64,000 nt of DNA, from the NCBI GenBank assembly GCA_022824205.1, contig JAJEAI010000041.1:856-64855 (forward strand), in the 5' to 3' direction. This document shows, one piece after another, positions 8,648 to 17,218 of this stretch. Made by a program: the position numbers and the translations under genes. Source of the stretch: Candidatus Binatia bacterium (GTDB lineage Bacteria; Desulfobacterota; Binatia; UBA9968; JAJDTQ01). The notes under the pieces are model-generated. The model had not been told where the DNA came from, made no database searches, and saw only the letters and a list, made by a program, of their open reading frames with translations. Position 1 is the stretch's first letter; the number at the start of each line of letters is the position of its first letter.

Positions 8648-8915
8648 CGTCATTCCCGCGAAAGCGGGAATCCAGGTGGGGTGGGGCGGGGAAACGCCGC
8701 TGCGGCGCCCCGCCACCACCCCTGGATTCCCGCTTTCGCGGGAATGACGGATTCGCGTTTAGTCGCCAGGAAGCAGCGTATTGACACAGCCTGTTCCGCG
8801 GGAATGTCGTTCTGTTACCTAGTTGCGTGTTACGTAGTTGCGCTGTGAATCTGACACAGCCTGTTTCGTGGGAATGGCATGATTTATACTCGGTCGCATC
8901 GAGGTGGGAATGACG
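8648..8915. repeat. REP/MITE-like repeat cluster: ~100-bp nested inverted repeat (8648-8749) plus 'tgacacagcc...ccgcgggaatg' modules (8781-8808, 8850-8881, 8903-8915)
   Basis: cgtcattcccgcgaaagcgggaatccagg ... cctggattcccgctttcgcgggaatgacg enclose a GC-rich inner hairpin (ggggtggggcgggg / ccccgccaccacccc). Track ORFs 8588..8848 and 8628..9044 are just translations of these repeats (SRESGNPGG, IPAKAG peptides). Confidence 0.8.
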
Positions 8916-8931
8916 GAGAGAGGAGGAACCC

Positions 8932-9705
8932 GTGAAGGTCGTCACATGGAATCTGAACTCCATTCGGGCGCGGGAGGAGCGTTTGCTGAGCTGGCTGTCG
9001 CGCCACGACCCCGACGTCGTGTGCCTGCAGGAGACCAAGGTCACCGATGAACAGTTTCCCCACGAGGTCTTGAAGGACCAGGGTTATCACGCGGCCGTGC
9101 ACGGCCAGCGGACCTACAACGGGGTGGCGATCCTGTCGCGGGAGCCCATCGAGGACGTGCGCATCGGCTTCGACGACGGCGCGGACGATCCCCAGGCGCG
9201 GTGCATCTGCGGCGTGGTCCGCGGCATCCGGTTCATCTCGGTGTATGTCCCCAACGGCTCCACGGTGGAGTCGGACAAGTACGTCTACAAGCGCGAATGG
9301 CTGGAGCGGCTGATGCCGTACCTGGACAAGACCCACGTCCCGGGGACGCCACTGCTGATTTCCGGCGACTTCAACATCGCGCCCGACGTGGCGGACGTAG
9401 CCGAGCCGGACGCGTGGCGCGACACCGTGCTGTTCAACCCCGACATGACCGGCGTGATGACGCGGCTCTCGGACTGGGGGCTCCAGGACGTGGTGCGGCG
9501 GCACAATCCCGACCCGGGGCTCTACTCGTGGTGGGACTACCGCCAGCTTGCGTTCCCGCGCAACCAGGGGCTGCGCATCGACCACATCCTGGCCACGCCG
9601 GACCTCGCGGCGCGGTCGACCTCGGCCGGCGTGGACCGGGACGAACGCAAGGGCTCGAAACCGTCGGATCATGCGCCGGTGTTGGCGGAGCTGGACTGGC
9701 CGTAG
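8932..9705 (+). CDS. xth: Exodeoxyribonuclease III (AP endonuclease)
   Basis: MKVVTWNLNSIRAR, DVVCLQETK and the C-terminal SDHAPV motif. GTG start preceded by AGGAGGA. Confidence 0.9.
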   Translation: MKVVTWNLNSIRAREERLLSWLSRHDPDVVCLQETKVTDEQFPHEVLKDQGYHAAVHGQRTYNGVAILSREPIEDVRIGFDDGADDPQARCICGVVRGIRFISVYVPNGSTVESDKYVYKREWLERLMPYLDKTHVPGTPLLISGDFNIAPDVADVAEPDAWRDTVLFNPDMTGVMTRLSDWGLQDVVRRHNPDPGLYSWWDYRQLAFPRNQGLRIDHILATPDLAARSTSAGVDRDERKGSKPSDHAPVLAELDWP

Positions 9706-9785
9706 GTTCCCTCCCCGCGGGGTATGTCTATCGGGGGAAGCGGATGTGTTGAGAACGGAATGGACGGGCAGGGCCGGGATGCTGT

Positions 9786-9813
9786 AGGGGCGACCTCCCG
9801 GTCGCCCCTACGA
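9786..9813. repeat. Perfect hairpin gtaggggcgacc-tccc-ggtcgcccctac (second palindromic repeat family), downstream of xth
   Basis: 12-bp perfect inverted repeat. A near-identical element (taggggcgacc-cgc-ggtcgcccc) occurs at 44993-45018 downstream of glnA. A second hairpin, ggcgtccttcg...cgaaggacgcc, lies at ~9860-9898. Confidence 0.7.
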
Positions 9814-9932
9814 CGTTTGCAGCACCGGGGAAGCTCCGATCAATAGCCGCTCGGTACCGTGGCGTCCTTCGGCGTCGCGAAGCCGGGTCGAAGGACGCCG
9901 GCACGGCTGATCGGAGTCTCCTTGGTGTCCGG

Positions 9933-10445
9933 CTACTTCTTCCGCGGCACCGCCGCCCACGCCTCGATCTCGATGAGCATGTCCTGCAGGTCGATGCCGA
10001 CGCCGCGCAGCAGCGTGGCGGGACGGGGATGGGCGCGCAGATCGGGCTCGTGCTCCTCGAAGAACGCGTACATCTCGTCACGCATGTCGAATACGTCCTC
10101 GCGCCGCGTGAGGAAGTAGCGGATCATGACGATGTTCTTGAGCTCGCCGCCCATCATCTCCAGGTTGTCCTTGATGTCCTGCCAGGCCTGACGGGTCTGC
10201 TCCTTGATTCCGCCGACGACCTTGCCGCGACCGGCCCGCTCCTCGTTGGGCTCGCGGCAGGGTGCGTCCTCGAACGGATCGCGTCCGGTGGAGCCGGAGA
10301 GGAACAGGATGTCCACGTCGCCGCGGGTGCGGAACCCGGTGGCCCAGTTCATCCTCTCCTTGTGGTAGTGCGGCCACAGCGTGCCCCAATCGTACTCGGT
10401 CTTCTCCGCTTCCTGACGTTTCACCGCCTCTTGGTTGGTTGCCAT
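9933..10445 (-). CDS. RidA/YjgF-family (endoribonuclease L-PSP-like) protein
   Basis: C-terminal PATLLRGVGIDLQDMLIEIEAWA is typical of the YjgF/RidA fold. AGGAGG RBS before the ATG. Confidence 0.7.
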   Translation of the reverse strand: MATNQEAVKRQEAEKTEYDWGTLWPHYHKERMNWATGFRTRGDVDILFLSGSTGRDPFEDAPCREPNEERAGRGKVVGGIKEQTRQAWQDIKDNLEMMGGELKNIVMIRYFLTRREDVFDMRDEMYAFFEEHEPDLRAHPRPATLLRGVGIDLQDMLIEIEAWAAVPRKK

Positions 10446-10560
10446 GGTGATTCACCTCCTTGTGGTTTGGGTTGGTTGCTGTTGATTGTGCGGCCCGCGG
10501 AACACGAGCGCCGCCTCGACGCCCCTGTTCAACGAGCGGCCCGGCGCCGAGCCATGCGCC

Positions 10561-11166
10561 CTACCCCAGGCCGACGAACGGTATGGTAATGCCCTCGGTG
10601 CGCTCGATGTAGCGGATGAACCGGTACTTGTACTCCGCCAGGTCGACGTTGGGGCGCGGGATCTCGCGGTGGATGAGGCTCTCCTCGACCTTGCACACGA
10701 CGTAGTGGAGTCCCTCCCCGGTCACGCCCGGCAGGCCGTGCTCCTTGAACCCCTCGATGTCGTGCACCGTGACGGCGTTGTCGATGCCCGAGGCCCGGGC
10801 GATGGCTTCCAGGTCGGCCTTGCCGGCCGTCGCCGTGGGCTCGCTCATGGTGCTGCCGCTGTACACCTCGTTGTCGAACACGAACACCGTCAGGTTGGAC
10901 AGATCGAGGTTGCCCAGAGTCGGGAGATTGAACAGAGACAGCAGCACGCTACCGTCGGACTCCAGCACGATGACCCGCCGATGCGGCAGCGCCAGCGCCA
11001 GTCCCATGCCCACGCCCGTGGCGCACCCCATCATGCCCACCAGCAGGTTGCCCTCGTGCTGCGCCGCCAAGTGGAACCACTCGATGCGCTGGCCGCTCTG
11101 GGAAGACAGCACCAGTTGATCGGTCATCAACGGCGCCATGAGCTCCAGGCATTCACGCCGGATCAT
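10561..11166 (-). CDS. TPP-dependent decarboxylase beta subunit (sulfopyruvate/phosphonopyruvate decarboxylase ComE-like, TPP-binding)
   Basis: GMGLALALP...VLESDGSVLLSL...NLTVFVFDNEVYSGST, a TPP-binding (GDG-like) region. Overlaps the alpha subunit by 4 nt. Confidence 0.7.
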   Translation of the reverse strand: MIRRECLELMAPLMTDQLVLSSQSGQRIEWFHLAAQHEGNLLVGMMGCATGVGMGLALALPHRRVIVLESDGSVLLSLFNLPTLGNLDLSNLTVFVFDNEVYSGSTMSEPTATAGKADLEAIARASGIDNAVTVHDIEGFKEHGLPGVTGEGLHYVVCKVEESLIHREIPRPNVDLAEYKYRFIRYIERTEGITIPFVGLG

Positions 11167-11669
11167 CGGGCGAACTCCCCCGAGAAGATCAAGGCGGCGG
11201 GCTGGCGCATGGAGTCGCTGACCCGTTGGGCGTCCCGGATGTGCCGTTCCAGGTTCTCCGCGTTCTCGACCACGCGGTACTCGATGCCCAGGCCCTCCAG
11301 CGTGGGGATCATGCGCATGCCGATGGTCACGTACAGGAAGCTGTTGCGCTGGTCGGCGAAACTGCCCAGGAAGCCGATGAGCAGCAGGATCGGCACGCCC
11401 ATCTGCTTGCCCACGGTGAGCAGCGAGTAGGCGGACACGTAGGGGCCGGTGCTCTCCATGTAGCAGGCCACCCGCTTGCCCCCGAGGGCCGCGCCCGCCG
11501 CGATGGTGATGGCCTCCTGCTCACTGGCGGTGCCCACGAGCTGCACCGTGCCGTCCTCGCGCAGCAGCGGCAGGATCTGGCTCAGCCGGCTCTCCGGCAG
11601 GTAGGTCATGAAGTCGATGCCTGCCGCCTTGAGGCCGTGGACGATCTTCTCGGCGAGTACCGGTTCCAT
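11163..11669 (-). CDS. TPP-dependent decarboxylase alpha subunit (ComD-like, pyrimidine-binding domain)
   Basis: MEPVLAEKIVHGLKAAGIDFMTYLPES...GTASEQEAITIAAGAALGGKRV. Split alpha/beta arrangement with ATGA overlap. Confidence 0.7.
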   Translation of the reverse strand: MEPVLAEKIVHGLKAAGIDFMTYLPESRLSQILPLLREDGTVQLVGTASEQEAITIAAGAALGGKRVACYMESTGPYVSAYSLLTVGKQMGVPILLLIGFLGSFADQRNSFLYVTIGMRMIPTLEGLGIEYRVVENAENLERHIRDAQRVSDSMRQPAALIFSGEFAR

Positions 11670-11710
11670 GGGTTCGCGTTCGTTCTCGATGTCCGTTCGT
11701 TCCGGAGGCG

Positions 11711-12985
11711 TCAGCGCGTCCAGTTGCAGATGGTGGCGGCCGACAGCGCGTAGATCTGCGACGCGCGCACGATCTCATCGACGTCGATCTGCTCGGACCG
11801 CGTGGTGAAGCGGCCTCCGCCGAGGCCGAACTTGCACGCCGGAATGCCCATCTCGTTGTAGATGTTGGTGTCGGTCCAGATGCTGGAACGAAACGTGTTG
11901 ACCGGCGTGGTCTTCTTGCCGAACAGTTCCTGGTGCGTGTTCTCGATGACATCCACCACCGGCTCGATGCCCTTGGCCTCGTAGCCCATCTTCGACGTGT
12001 ACATCTCGATGTCGTACTCGTAGCCGGTGGCGTCCATGACCGCGCGCAACTGCCGCTGCACCTCCATGGGCCGAAGCTCCGGCGGAATGCGCACGTCCAC
12101 GTAGAGCGAGCAGATGCCCGGGTGGTAGTTGGGCCGGTAAGGGGCGCCTCCCTGGACGGCGCCGAGATTGACCTTGGGGATGATCGGGCCGTTGGCCGAC
12201 TGGTACACGTGCGTGGCCTCGAACTCCTCGGCCCAGGCATCCACCGCCTGCGCCACCCTGGCCATCTTGAGCACCGCGTTGTGCTCTTCGGGCGGCTCCT
12301 GCTGCCGCGTGACCCCCCAGGCGGCGTGCGGATTGCCGAAGGTGTCGATCTTGAACTGGGCCACGCCGGCCTGGGTCCACACGATGCACAGAGCCGAGCG
12401 GTCCGCCACGATGGCGTAGTCGGACTGCACGCCGTAGGTCAGCAGGTGACGCGTGCCGGTGCCTTCGCCGCGGTAGAGGCCGGACTGGTACGGCCCGATG
12501 GGGGTGCGCGAGATCTCGCCCGCCACCGCCGCGAGGATCAGGTCGCCCTTTATGGCGACGCCGCTCTTCTTGAGCGCTTTGCCCGCCACCATGAACGCCG
12601 CCAGACCCGACTTCATGTTGGACGCGGCAAGGCCGAACACCTTGCCGTCACGGATGGCGCCGCGCAACTCGCTCTGTGGCTCGAGCTCGCGGCACAGCAT
12701 GAGGTCGTCCTCCTGCCCGGTGAAGCTCGTGTCCATATGGCCGTTGATCATCAGCGACACGCCGCCCCCGGTGCCCTGGAGCACGCCCACGGCGTTCACG
12801 CGGTTGGGGTCGATCTCCTGGCGGACCGGCTTGAGACCGTTGGCCCGGTACCAGTCGAGGATGAACTCACCGATCTCCTTCTCCGAGCCGGTGGGGCTCA
12901 GGATGTCCACGAGGTCGCGTGTGAGCTCGGCCAACTCCTGGCCGTCGATATGCTGGAGGATGCGTTCCTTGGTATCGTTGTCCAT
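11711..12985 (-). CDS. M20-family metallopeptidase / deacylase (ArgE/DapE/CPG2-like)
   Basis: MDNDTKERILQHIDGQELAELTRDLVDILSPTGSEKEI...GHMDT...; start re-derived to ATG at 12985. The track ORF 11711..13255 is over-extended upstream. Confidence 0.8.
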   Translation of the reverse strand: MDNDTKERILQHIDGQELAELTRDLVDILSPTGSEKEIGEFILDWYRANGLKPVRQEIDPNRVNAVGVLQGTGGGVSLMINGHMDTSFTGQEDDLMLCRELEPQSELRGAIRDGKVFGLAASNMKSGLAAFMVAGKALKKSGVAIKGDLILAAVAGEISRTPIGPYQSGLYRGEGTGTRHLLTYGVQSDYAIVADRSALCIVWTQAGVAQFKIDTFGNPHAAWGVTRQQEPPEEHNAVLKMARVAQAVDAWAEEFEATHVYQSANGPIIPKVNLGAVQGGAPYRPNYHPGICSLYVDVRIPPELRPMEVQRQLRAVMDATGYEYDIEMYTSKMGYEAKGIEPVVDVIENTHQELFGKKTTPVNTFRSSIWTDTNIYNEMGIPACKFGLGGGRFTTRSEQIDVDEIVRASQIYALSAATICNWTR

Positions 12986-13050
12986 GGTGTCGAGGTGGGG
13001 TCGGGGATGTTCGATGCGTGTGATCGATGCGTTGGATGCTTCGATACGGG

Positions 13051-13227
13051 TCAGCTCTTGCGCTGCTTGTCGATCTTCATGATGGGCATCACCCCGGTGA
13101 CGTCGACCTTGTAGAGGTCCTGGAGCAGCCGGTGGGTCTCCTCCGCCTGCCTGGCGATGGATTCGATCTCGTCCTCGGTGAGGTTGAAACCGTATTCCTT
13201 GTCGATCTCGCGAATCCGTTCCTTCAC
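13051..13227 (-). CDS. Unannotated 58-aa ORF with a GatC-like (Glu-tRNA(Gln) amidotransferase C-subunit-like) motif
   Basis: A GTG start 6 nt after a perfect GGAGGA gives MKERIREIDKEYGFNLTEDEIESIARQAEETHRLLQDLYKVDVTGVMPIMKIDKQRKS. The L-T-E-D/E-E...L...V-D-V-T-G-V-x-P pattern resembles GatC. It is missed by the track because it is under 60 aa. Confidence 0.45.
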   Translation of the reverse strand: MKERIREIDKEYGFNLTEDEIESIARQAEETHRLLQDLYKVDVTGVMPIMKIDKQRKS

Positions 13228-13393
13228 GGCCGTTCCTCCGGTTGGCGGACAACATCAGCGAAATTGCGATGGAATCGCACTCCTCGGGCTCGTAACACGC
13301 CCACCTGAGTGTGTCAACGCGGCCCCTGTCGGACCCACGTCCCCGAGCCCGCGTTGCACTCGCGGCCGTCCGCCAACGCCGGAATACGTGGGG

Positions 13394-14491
13394 TTACAGA
13401 CCCAGCAACTCCTCGGCGTTCCCGCCCAGGATCTTGACCTTCTGGGCGTCGGTGATGTCGCTTCGTTCCTCGATGCCCGAGACCGTGTGCGGGTACTCCG
13501 AATCGAAGTGCGGATAGTCCGTGGCCATGAAGATGCGGTCCTCTCCGAGTTCCTTGATGGGCGTCGCCAGGTCGCGCTCGTCCGCCTCGCAGGTCACGTA
13601 GCAGTTGCGCTTGATGTACTCCGACGGCGCCATGCTCAAGTGGCCGGTGAGCTGGGAGAAGTCCTTGGCCCACTCGTAGTCGTCGTCCATCCGGTGCATC
13701 CAGAAGAGGATCCACTCCGCGCTGCACTCGAAGAACACCACCTTGAGCCGCGGGAACTTCTCGAACACGCCGCCCAGCACCAGCGCGATGAGCGCGGCCG
13801 TGCAGTTCATCACCCGCCCCAGGACGTGGGTCTTGTAGAAGTTGTCGAACCGGTCCGTGAGGTCGCCGTTGCTGTTGGGATGGCAGAAGAGCGGCACGCC
13901 CAAGTCCTGGACCGTCTCGTAGTAGGGATAGAAGATCGGATCGTCCACGTTCCTCGAACCCACGTACGGCACCAGATGGGTGGCCTTGAAGCCCAGCTCC
14001 CCGACACAGCGCGTCACTTCGTCCGGCATCGCTTCCGGGCAGCCGGCCGGGGCCATGGCGCAAGGCAGGAACGTCTCCTCGTAGCCCTTGACCAGGTTCG
14101 CCACCCAGTCGTTGAAGGCCCGCGCCACCACCGCGCCCAGGCGGCCCTGGTTCTGCGTGGCGATGCTGATGCCGGTGGGGAAGATGATCTCCTTGTCGAT
14201 GCGCTCGGCCCGGATATCCTCTGCCCGCCGCGCCATGTCGTAGCCGCCCACCTGCCGCTCGGCGATCTCGCCCGCGCGCCAGTTCACCTTGGGGTCGTAG
14301 ATGTAGGGGTGCTTGTGGGTCGCGAGCCCCTGGGGATTGAGCGGCTCCAGGGAATGGATGAAGCGGGTCCCGTGACTTCGGCCCGCGTCGTTGGCCTTCC
14401 TGGGAGTGAACTGGGCGAACGGTTCGTCCAGCTTGTACACCTCGTCCATGAAATAGCCTTCGCGCAAATGCGAATCGAGATCGATGATCAT
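13394..14491 (-). CDS. Amidohydrolase-2 family metal-dependent hydrolase/decarboxylase (PF04909-like)
   Basis: MIIDLDSHLREGYF...HKHPYIYDP...ATDYPHFD, the metal-dependent TIM-barrel amidohydrolase pattern. GGAGGG RBS. Confidence 0.75.
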   Translation of the reverse strand: MIIDLDSHLREGYFMDEVYKLDEPFAQFTPRKANDAGRSHGTRFIHSLEPLNPQGLATHKHPYIYDPKVNWRAGEIAERQVGGYDMARRAEDIRAERIDKEIIFPTGISIATQNQGRLGAVVARAFNDWVANLVKGYEETFLPCAMAPAGCPEAMPDEVTRCVGELGFKATHLVPYVGSRNVDDPIFYPYYETVQDLGVPLFCHPNSNGDLTDRFDNFYKTHVLGRVMNCTAALIALVLGGVFEKFPRLKVVFFECSAEWILFWMHRMDDDYEWAKDFSQLTGHLSMAPSEYIKRNCYVTCEADERDLATPIKELGEDRIFMATDYPHFDSEYPHTVSGIEERSDITDAQKVKILGGNAEELLGL

Positions 14492-14541
14492 GGGCTGTCC
14501 CTCCGTTTGAGCAATATCAGAGAAGGGAGACTAACACCCGG

Positions 14542-16401
14542 TCAGGGACCCGGCAATCTCGCCTTCTTCTTTTCGAGCGTGTCCAACTCTGCCATCAATC
14601 GCCGCTTGGCCTTGTGTCGCACTCGCATCGCCGCGATGTAGCGGCGGAAATCGTCGCTTCGGCCCAGGCCTTGCATGAGCTTCTCCATCTTCGAGAGATA
14701 GGGCATCGCCTCACGATAGGCACTGGGCTGGACTCGGGCGATCAGACTCTCGGCCTTGCCTCGCCACACGTCGATGCTGACGTCGGGATGCGTCTTCGCC
14801 ACGGCCTGGGCGATGCGGTCGGCATGCTGGTCCTTGTGAGGAGCCTCCCGAAACCACCGCAAGGCATCCTCCGTCCGTTTCTCGTGAAGCGCAATCGTTA
14901 TCAGGCTATCGTGGTCAGGCGTGTCGCGCCGGAATCGTCGTGCGGGGAATGGAAGTCCTGTATCCGGCAACGGCCAACCGGCCGCGGACGAAGGGGCGGA
15001 GCCGGTCTCCAGGTAGCGCAACAACCCGGACCTCACCTGCGGCCAGCAGCCTTTCTTGCGGGCTGTCTGTTCGACCCGGCGATAGTTGTCCACCGTGCTC
15101 CGTTCGAGAAATCCCTCCACTCGCAACGCCGCTGCCAGCAACCAGTCCCGCCGTCGCCGGGCGATGTCAAGCAACTGCTCCACCAACTTCCAGGCGATGC
15201 CGGGTGAATGCTCCAGGGTCAGCCTGAAGCCCTGGTAGATCCAGTGCACGGCCTGGTCGTAGTCTTTGCTCGCCGACAGGGCATCAACCAGATCGACATA
15301 GTTGTCGCAATAGGGCAGCTCGGCAATCATCAGCTCGATCGCTCGATGCTCCTCGCCGGCCTCGCCCAACGCCCGTTGCGTGTACTTCAATAGCTGCTCC
15401 CGACGGTACCGTTCCGACGACCAGCGGCCACGGCCATCGGGCTTGGGGCTGGCCGCCAGCCGGTTGCCGAACGCTTCGGCGACCTCGCGCCAGTCGGCGG
15501 GTTTCATCTGGACCTCGTTCACCGGCGGCGTCAGCCCGTCCAGCAAGCAGTACGAGTCGTTCAGGAGCTTGTCCCAATACCAGATCATGCGCTCCGCGGC
15601 CGGGCGTTTGGTCTGCCTCATCGCCTCCAGCACCACGGCCAGGCAATCGCTGATCTCGCCGGCGGTTTCCCCTTCGTCGTCCGATTCCTCGACCTGGGTG
15701 GTGCCGAGTTTGAACAATTCCTCTCCCAGCTTCAGCACCGCCTCGTGATGCCCGTCGTTCAGCAGCTTCTTGAGTTGCTCTCGAATCGGAGAGTAGGCCG
15801 GCGTATGGCCTTCGTGGCGCCAATAATCCTGCCAGCCTCTCTCGCTGGCCGTCTTGCGAATCTGCCGGCGCAGCCGCGCCACGGCCCAATCCGGAGCCTC
15901 ATCGGTGAGCGGCCCCGCCAGGGGCAACGTATCGAAAAGCGACGGATCGAACGCGAACCGATCCATGGCCCATTCAACGAGCTGCGCCTTTGTCAGAGCG
16001 TCAAGCGCGGCGCGCGCCTCATCGGGATCGACAGCTCGTTCCGTGCCCAAATCTCCCGCCAAGCCATATGTCGAGAGCCGGTCGCTCAACTCGTCACCGT
16101 CGATCCGTGGAACGGATGTCCCCGCCGCGACGCAATCGAGATAAGCCAGAATGACGGCAACGGCGTGCTTGCAAGGCCCGTCGTAGGGACAACTGCACTC
16201 GTGATCCGGCTCGCCGTGGGTCATCCAGACTCGCGTGGCGTAGTTTTCGCTTCCGACAACCTCGGCAACCAGGTGCCCTTCCTCGGTCACCGCGAGATCA
16301 TGCACACGTCGCCGATAGCCCTTGCCGCGCTTGAAAATGGTGGCTCCAGCCCATTGCTCCAGGTCTTCCGTACCGAGTGATGTATAAGGCGTCGTCGGCA
16401 T
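14542..16401 (-). CDS. SWIM zinc-finger domain protein (large, 619 aa)
   Basis: CSCPYDGPCKHAVAVILAY is a canonical SWIM CxCx(n)CxH motif. Start re-derived to MPTTPYTSLGTEDLEQW (ATG 16401). Confidence 0.7.
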   Translation of the reverse strand: MPTTPYTSLGTEDLEQWAGATIFKRGKGYRRRVHDLAVTEEGHLVAEVVGSENYATRVWMTHGEPDHECSCPYDGPCKHAVAVILAYLDCVAAGTSVPRIDGDELSDRLSTYGLAGDLGTERAVDPDEARAALDALTKAQLVEWAMDRFAFDPSLFDTLPLAGPLTDEAPDWAVARLRRQIRKTASERGWQDYWRHEGHTPAYSPIREQLKKLLNDGHHEAVLKLGEELFKLGTTQVEESDDEGETAGEISDCLAVVLEAMRQTKRPAAERMIWYWDKLLNDSYCLLDGLTPPVNEVQMKPADWREVAEAFGNRLAASPKPDGRGRWSSERYRREQLLKYTQRALGEAGEEHRAIELMIAELPYCDNYVDLVDALSASKDYDQAVHWIYQGFRLTLEHSPGIAWKLVEQLLDIARRRRDWLLAAALRVEGFLERSTVDNYRRVEQTARKKGCWPQVRSGLLRYLETGSAPSSAAGWPLPDTGLPFPARRFRRDTPDHDSLITIALHEKRTEDALRWFREAPHKDQHADRIAQAVAKTHPDVSIDVWRGKAESLIARVQPSAYREAMPYLSKMEKLMQGLGRSDDFRRYIAAMRVRHKAKRRLMAELDTLEKKKARLPGP

Positions 16402-16589
16402 GGTAGTCACTTCTCCCCCTGTACCGCATATCGATACCCCGCCAACGTCCATCAAGCCAAGACCCCGCCGTTTCGCCCGTTGGCGCAACCGGCGCTCTCC
16501 CCTCTCCTGTCGGAGGAGTACGCCGACGAGGAAGGTAGCCCTCAACACATTTGCCATTCCCCAACCCGTGGCATAAGGTCTGGCCGTTC

Positions 16590-16715
16590 AATGCGCTCCA
16601 TGATCACTTGGATCAAACGCAAGCCTACGTCCGGAACGCCTTCACGAGCTTACCAATCCTGGATCTCCTCCAGGTCGGCCAAGGCGGAGTTGGTCAGCCG
16701 GATCTCGGCAGGCAC
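16590..16715 (-). pseudogene. Decayed ParE/RelE-like toxin remnant downstream of the Phd/YefM antitoxin
   Basis: Immediately after the antitoxin stop, the minus strand encodes V-PAEIRLTNSALADLEEIQDW and then a TAA stop after ~20 codons. This is a typical toxin N-terminus with no intact downstream frame. Confidence 0.4.
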
Positions 16716-16717
16716 GA

Positions 16718-16981
16718 CTATTCGAGACCGAGTCGGTGCTTGGCTTCGGCCAGCGACACTTCGCGTCCCTCCTCCAGATCCGACAGCCCCTCAATCACCG
16801 CCCGCATGAAGGCGCGCTCATCGTCGGCCGCTTCGAATTCCTCGACGGATTGGACGACCGCCACGCCACGACCCCTACTCGTCACCAAAACCGGACGCCG
16901 CGTTTCCGTTGCGTGTTTCACAACGCGACCGGGGTTCGTCTTGAGGTCGGTCAGCGGAACGATGTCCTCAGAAAATTTCAT
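16718..16981 (-). CDS. Phd/YefM-family type II antitoxin (orphan)
   Basis: MKFSEDIVPLTDLKTNPGRVVKHATETRRPVLVTSRGRGVAVVQSVEEFE matches the Phd/YefM fold. Confidence 0.8.
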   Translation of the reverse strand: MKFSEDIVPLTDLKTNPGRVVKHATETRRPVLVTSRGRGVAVVQSVEEFEAADDERAFMRAVIEGLSDLEEGREVSLAEAKHRLGLE

Positions 16982-17011
16982 TTGATTTTTCTCCTATAGG
17001 ACCTGTTTAGT

Positions 17012-17218
17012 ATGCTACTACTCCTCAAGCTCATGTTCGGCGCTATGATCCGGGCTGCCGAGCGCTGGAGGGCCATCAAGGTCTCTGATCTCGAGCGCCG
17101 CCAAACGCGCGCCGTCAGAGAGGACCTCGATCAGGAATACCAGGCCCCTGACGGCCTCAACCGAAACGCCTCGGCCAATGCTTCCCCCTCCCAATTATCC
17201 AACACTTCTCGGACTTGA
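17012..17218 (+). mobile_element. Possible transposase C-terminal remnant (mutator/IS256-like tail)
   Basis: MLLLLKLMFGAMIRAAERWRAIKV has the L-x-K-L...A...W pattern of IS256-type transposase C-termini. It is short, has no DDE core, and its upstream context is AT-rich. Weak call. Confidence 0.25.

Noticed and set aside
8588-9044. Possible CRISPR array, or small genes, within the repeat-rich stretch between the ABC ATPase and xth (track ORFs 8588..8848 and 8628..9044)
   Set aside because: The repeats are nested inverted repeats of unequal length with no regular repeat-spacer periodicity. The ORFs are translations of the palindromes themselves (IPAKAG, SRESGNPGG) and recur in every frame at the other REP loci.
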